Assembly: GCA_963748145.1 (NCBI GenBank) | Contig: CAVVHR010000008.1 | Location: forward strand, 40,695 to 104,694 | Source: an uncultured Acidobacteriota bacterium | GTDB taxonomy: Bacteria > Acidobacteriota > Blastocatellia > Pyrinomonadales > Pyrinomonadaceae | Length of the DNA: 64,000 nt | Reading direction: 5' to 3' | Shown: piece by piece, positions 62,379-64,000 of the stretch | How the letters are laid out: every line of letters begins with the position of its first letter | How positions within the stretch are numbered: the stretch's first letter is position 1 | Translations under genes and position numbers: made by a program | The notes under the pieces: model-generated | Database searches by the model: none | The model's input: only the letters and a program-made list of their open reading frames with translations | What the model was told of the DNA's origin: nothing

Positions 62379-63233
62379 TCAGCGGCGGCCGATGACGGCC
62401 ATTAGCCGCCCGACCTTTCCGTTCACGCTTTTTTCTTTACGATAAGAGAAAAACAGATCCGTGCGGCACATTGTGCAGATCGGCGCAATGTGTATTCGCT
62501 CTCGGCGCACACCAACCGAGATCAACTGGTCTTGATTTGCTTTCAACAAATCGACTTTCGCATGCCCGGGCCTCGTTTTGGTAAACAAACCTTCGCCGCC
62601 GTCAAACCGTTTAGTGAACGCGTCGATCACTTCCGCACCCACCTCGTAACAACATGGACCAGCAGACGCGCCGATCGCGACGCACAAGTCTTCCGGCCTC
62701 GATCCGTATTCATCATTCATCCGCTGAACGCCGACGAGCACAGCCGACGCCAATGTCCCACGCCAGCCTGCATGGACCGCCGCAAACGCCCGCGTAACCG
62801 GATCGCCAAGCAGGATCGGCACGCAATCCGCCGTCTTCACACCAGCCAAAACATGGACCGCATTGCTGACGATCACATCGCAATAGATCGTGTCGCCGAG
62901 TTCGTTTTCCGCGGGCTTCGCTTCTTCTGCCGTATTCACGACGCGAACATCCGCACCGTGCACCTGCCAGCAACCCGCAAGGGACCACTCTCCCGGAAAA
63001 AGCTTGAGAAAGCGGCGACGATTCTCCAGAATGTTCTCCGCTCGATCGTCGTTGAATCCCGCGAGGCTCAGCGCATTCGCGGGCATGTCGCTGACGCCGC
63101 CGAGACGGGTGGAAAAGCCGTTTACAAATCCATCCTGCTCAAGTGGCGCACAAACGAGCGCGCGAACGCCGTCGAGCTCGCGCCAGTAGAACCCATGTTC
63201 GGCTAGTTGGTTATCACTCGTGATCGTTTCCAT
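62379..63233 (-). CDS. pgeF: Peptidoglycan editing factor PgeF (YfiH/DUF152, laccase-domain protein)
   Basis: GFSTRLGGVS...QVHG...TADCVPILL...HAGWRG...CCYEVG...CTMC...FFSYR, the full set of family motifs. Confidence 0.85.
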   Translation of the reverse strand: METITSDNQLAEHGFYWRELDGVRALVCAPLEQDGFVNGFSTRLGGVSDMPANALSLAGFNDDRAENILENRRRFLKLFPGEWSLAGCWQVHGADVRVVNTAEEAKPAENELGDTIYCDVIVSNAVHVLAGVKTADCVPILLGDPVTRAFAAVHAGWRGTLASAVLVGVQRMNDEYGSRPEDLCVAIGASAGPCCYEVGAEVIDAFTKRFDGGEGLFTKTRPGHAKVDLLKANQDQLISVGVRRERIHIAPICTMCRTDLFFSYRKEKSVNGKVGRLMAVIGRR

Positions 63234-63597
63234 CGGCATAGACATTATAGAAGTTGCCCGAATTCGCGAAGTGCTCCTGCGCACGCCGCGCTTTCTCGAA
63301 CGCGTCTACACGGAGCGCGAGCGTGCTTACTGCGACAGTCGCGGCGCCGTGTCAGCGCAGCATTATGCCGCGCGCTTCGCGGCGAAAGAAGCGGCGTTGA
63401 AAGCACTGCAAACGGGTTGGCGTGGCGGAATCAGTTGGCAGGACGTGGAAGTTTCATCGCGCGAGAGCGGCGCGCCTTACCTAATCTTCACTGGACAAGT
63501 GCTGGAGGTCTTCGAAAAGTTTGGCGCGACGCAGACGCACCTTTCAATGTCGCACACGACGCAGCACGCAATCGCGCAGGTAATACTCGAACGGTAG
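63220..63597 (+). CDS. acpS: Holo-[acyl-carrier-protein] synthase
   Basis: IVSIGIDIIEVARI...ARFAAKEAALKAL...SMSHT, typical AcpS. Confidence 0.9.
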   Translation: MIVSIGIDIIEVARIREVLLRTPRFLERVYTERERAYCDSRGAVSAQHYAARFAAKEAALKALQTGWRGGISWQDVEVSSRESGAPYLIFTGQVLEVFEKFGATQTHLSMSHTTQHAIAQVILER

Positions 63598-63615
63598 GGA
63601 CTTTGCTTGCCATGA

Positions 63616-64000
63616 AAAGAATTGGCTCAAACCGTTTACGCGCTCGATGCCACTACCATCGATTTGTGTCTGGCACTTTTCCCTTGGGAGAAGTTTCGCA
63701 AGCACAAAGGAGCGGTGAAGTTGCACACCCTGCTCGACCTGCGCGGCAACATCGCAACTGTTGTGATCATTACACATGGCAAGGTGCACGAGGTCAACAT
63801 TCTGGATCAACTCAGCTTCGAGGCTGGCGCGTTCTATGTGATGGATCGTGGTTACCTCGATTTCGCACGCTTGTACAAATTGCACCTGGCTTCCGCTTTC
63901 TTTGTTACGCGCGCCAGAAAGCGCTTCGATTTCCAGCGCCTCTATTCACAACCAGTGGATCGGAGCGACGGGCGTGACCTGCGATCAGATAGTGACGCTC
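63616..64000 (+). mobile_element. IS4-family (DDE_Tnp_1) transposase gene fragment: N-terminus missing, one further frameshift near 63965, continues past the window end
   Basis: Frame 1, which the ORF track does not list, reads ...LAQTVYALDATTIDLCLALFPWEKFRKHKGAVKLHTLLDLRGNIATVVIITHGKVHEVNILDQL...AFYVMDRGYLDFARLYKL...FFVTRARK. It includes the first two DDE aspartates in their typical context. Confidence 0.75.

Noticed and set aside
63207-63977. 256-aa plus-strand ORF covering acpS and the transposase region
   Set aside because: It is in the wrong frame. AcpS (a different frame, 63220..63597) and the IS4 transposase (frame 1 from 63616) explain the region with clear family motifs.

Overview
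A GC-rich, gene-dense bacterial chromosome segment. The gene content points to Acidobacteriota: two GWxTD-domain proteins, a DinB/FGE-type EgtB, and secreted YciI and BNR proteins. That assignment is an inference.

Main blocks:
- 1-4.4 kb: adenylate cyclase fragment, GNAT acetyltransferase, large HerA/FtsK-like ATPase, DUF4199 membrane protein.
- 4.4-12 kb: quinone oxidoreductase, a 4-gene sugar-type ABC importer, 1-Cys peroxiredoxin, TIM-barrel isomerase, Gfo/Idh/MocA oxidoreductase.
- 12-18.7 kb: PAS-GAF hybrid histidine kinase, tag, a secreted protein plus cytochrome c, and a GntR regulator divergent from a PflX-type radical SAM enzyme.
- 18.8-22.3 kb: a tightly coupled 5-gene minus-strand operon (BNR, tandem YciI, MoaD-like, Zn-ribbon membrane protein, bicupin).
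- 27.3-37.8 kb: a co-directional minus-strand array, selD - egtB-like - M14 peptidase - yceH - lhr.
- 38-49 kb: housekeeping and stress genes (DUF72, VOC, EVE, bcp, DASS transporter, msrPQ, methyltransferase, PilZ, ABC1 kinase).
- 49-64 kb: DsbA-like protein, TPR-HTH regulator, ATP-dependent DNA ligase, tatA/tatC, two GWxTD paralogs, hydrolase, rlmN, DsbD-N-like protein, pgeF, acpS, and a truncated IS4-family transposase at the right edge.

I found no rRNA, tRNA or CRISPR array.

Two points dominate:
1. selD is a selenoprotein. It has an in-frame UGA at the catalytic position with a SECIS-like hairpin, which the ORF track missed, and it sits about 25 nt upstream of an EgtB-like sulfoxide-synthase gene.
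2. At least 45 apparent single-base frameshifts break otherwise well-conserved genes, including essential ones (tatC, rlmN). This looks much more like uncorrected assembly indels than real pseudogenes. Gene boundaries are therefore given as reconstructed spans.

Several intergenic repeat and hairpin families are also present.
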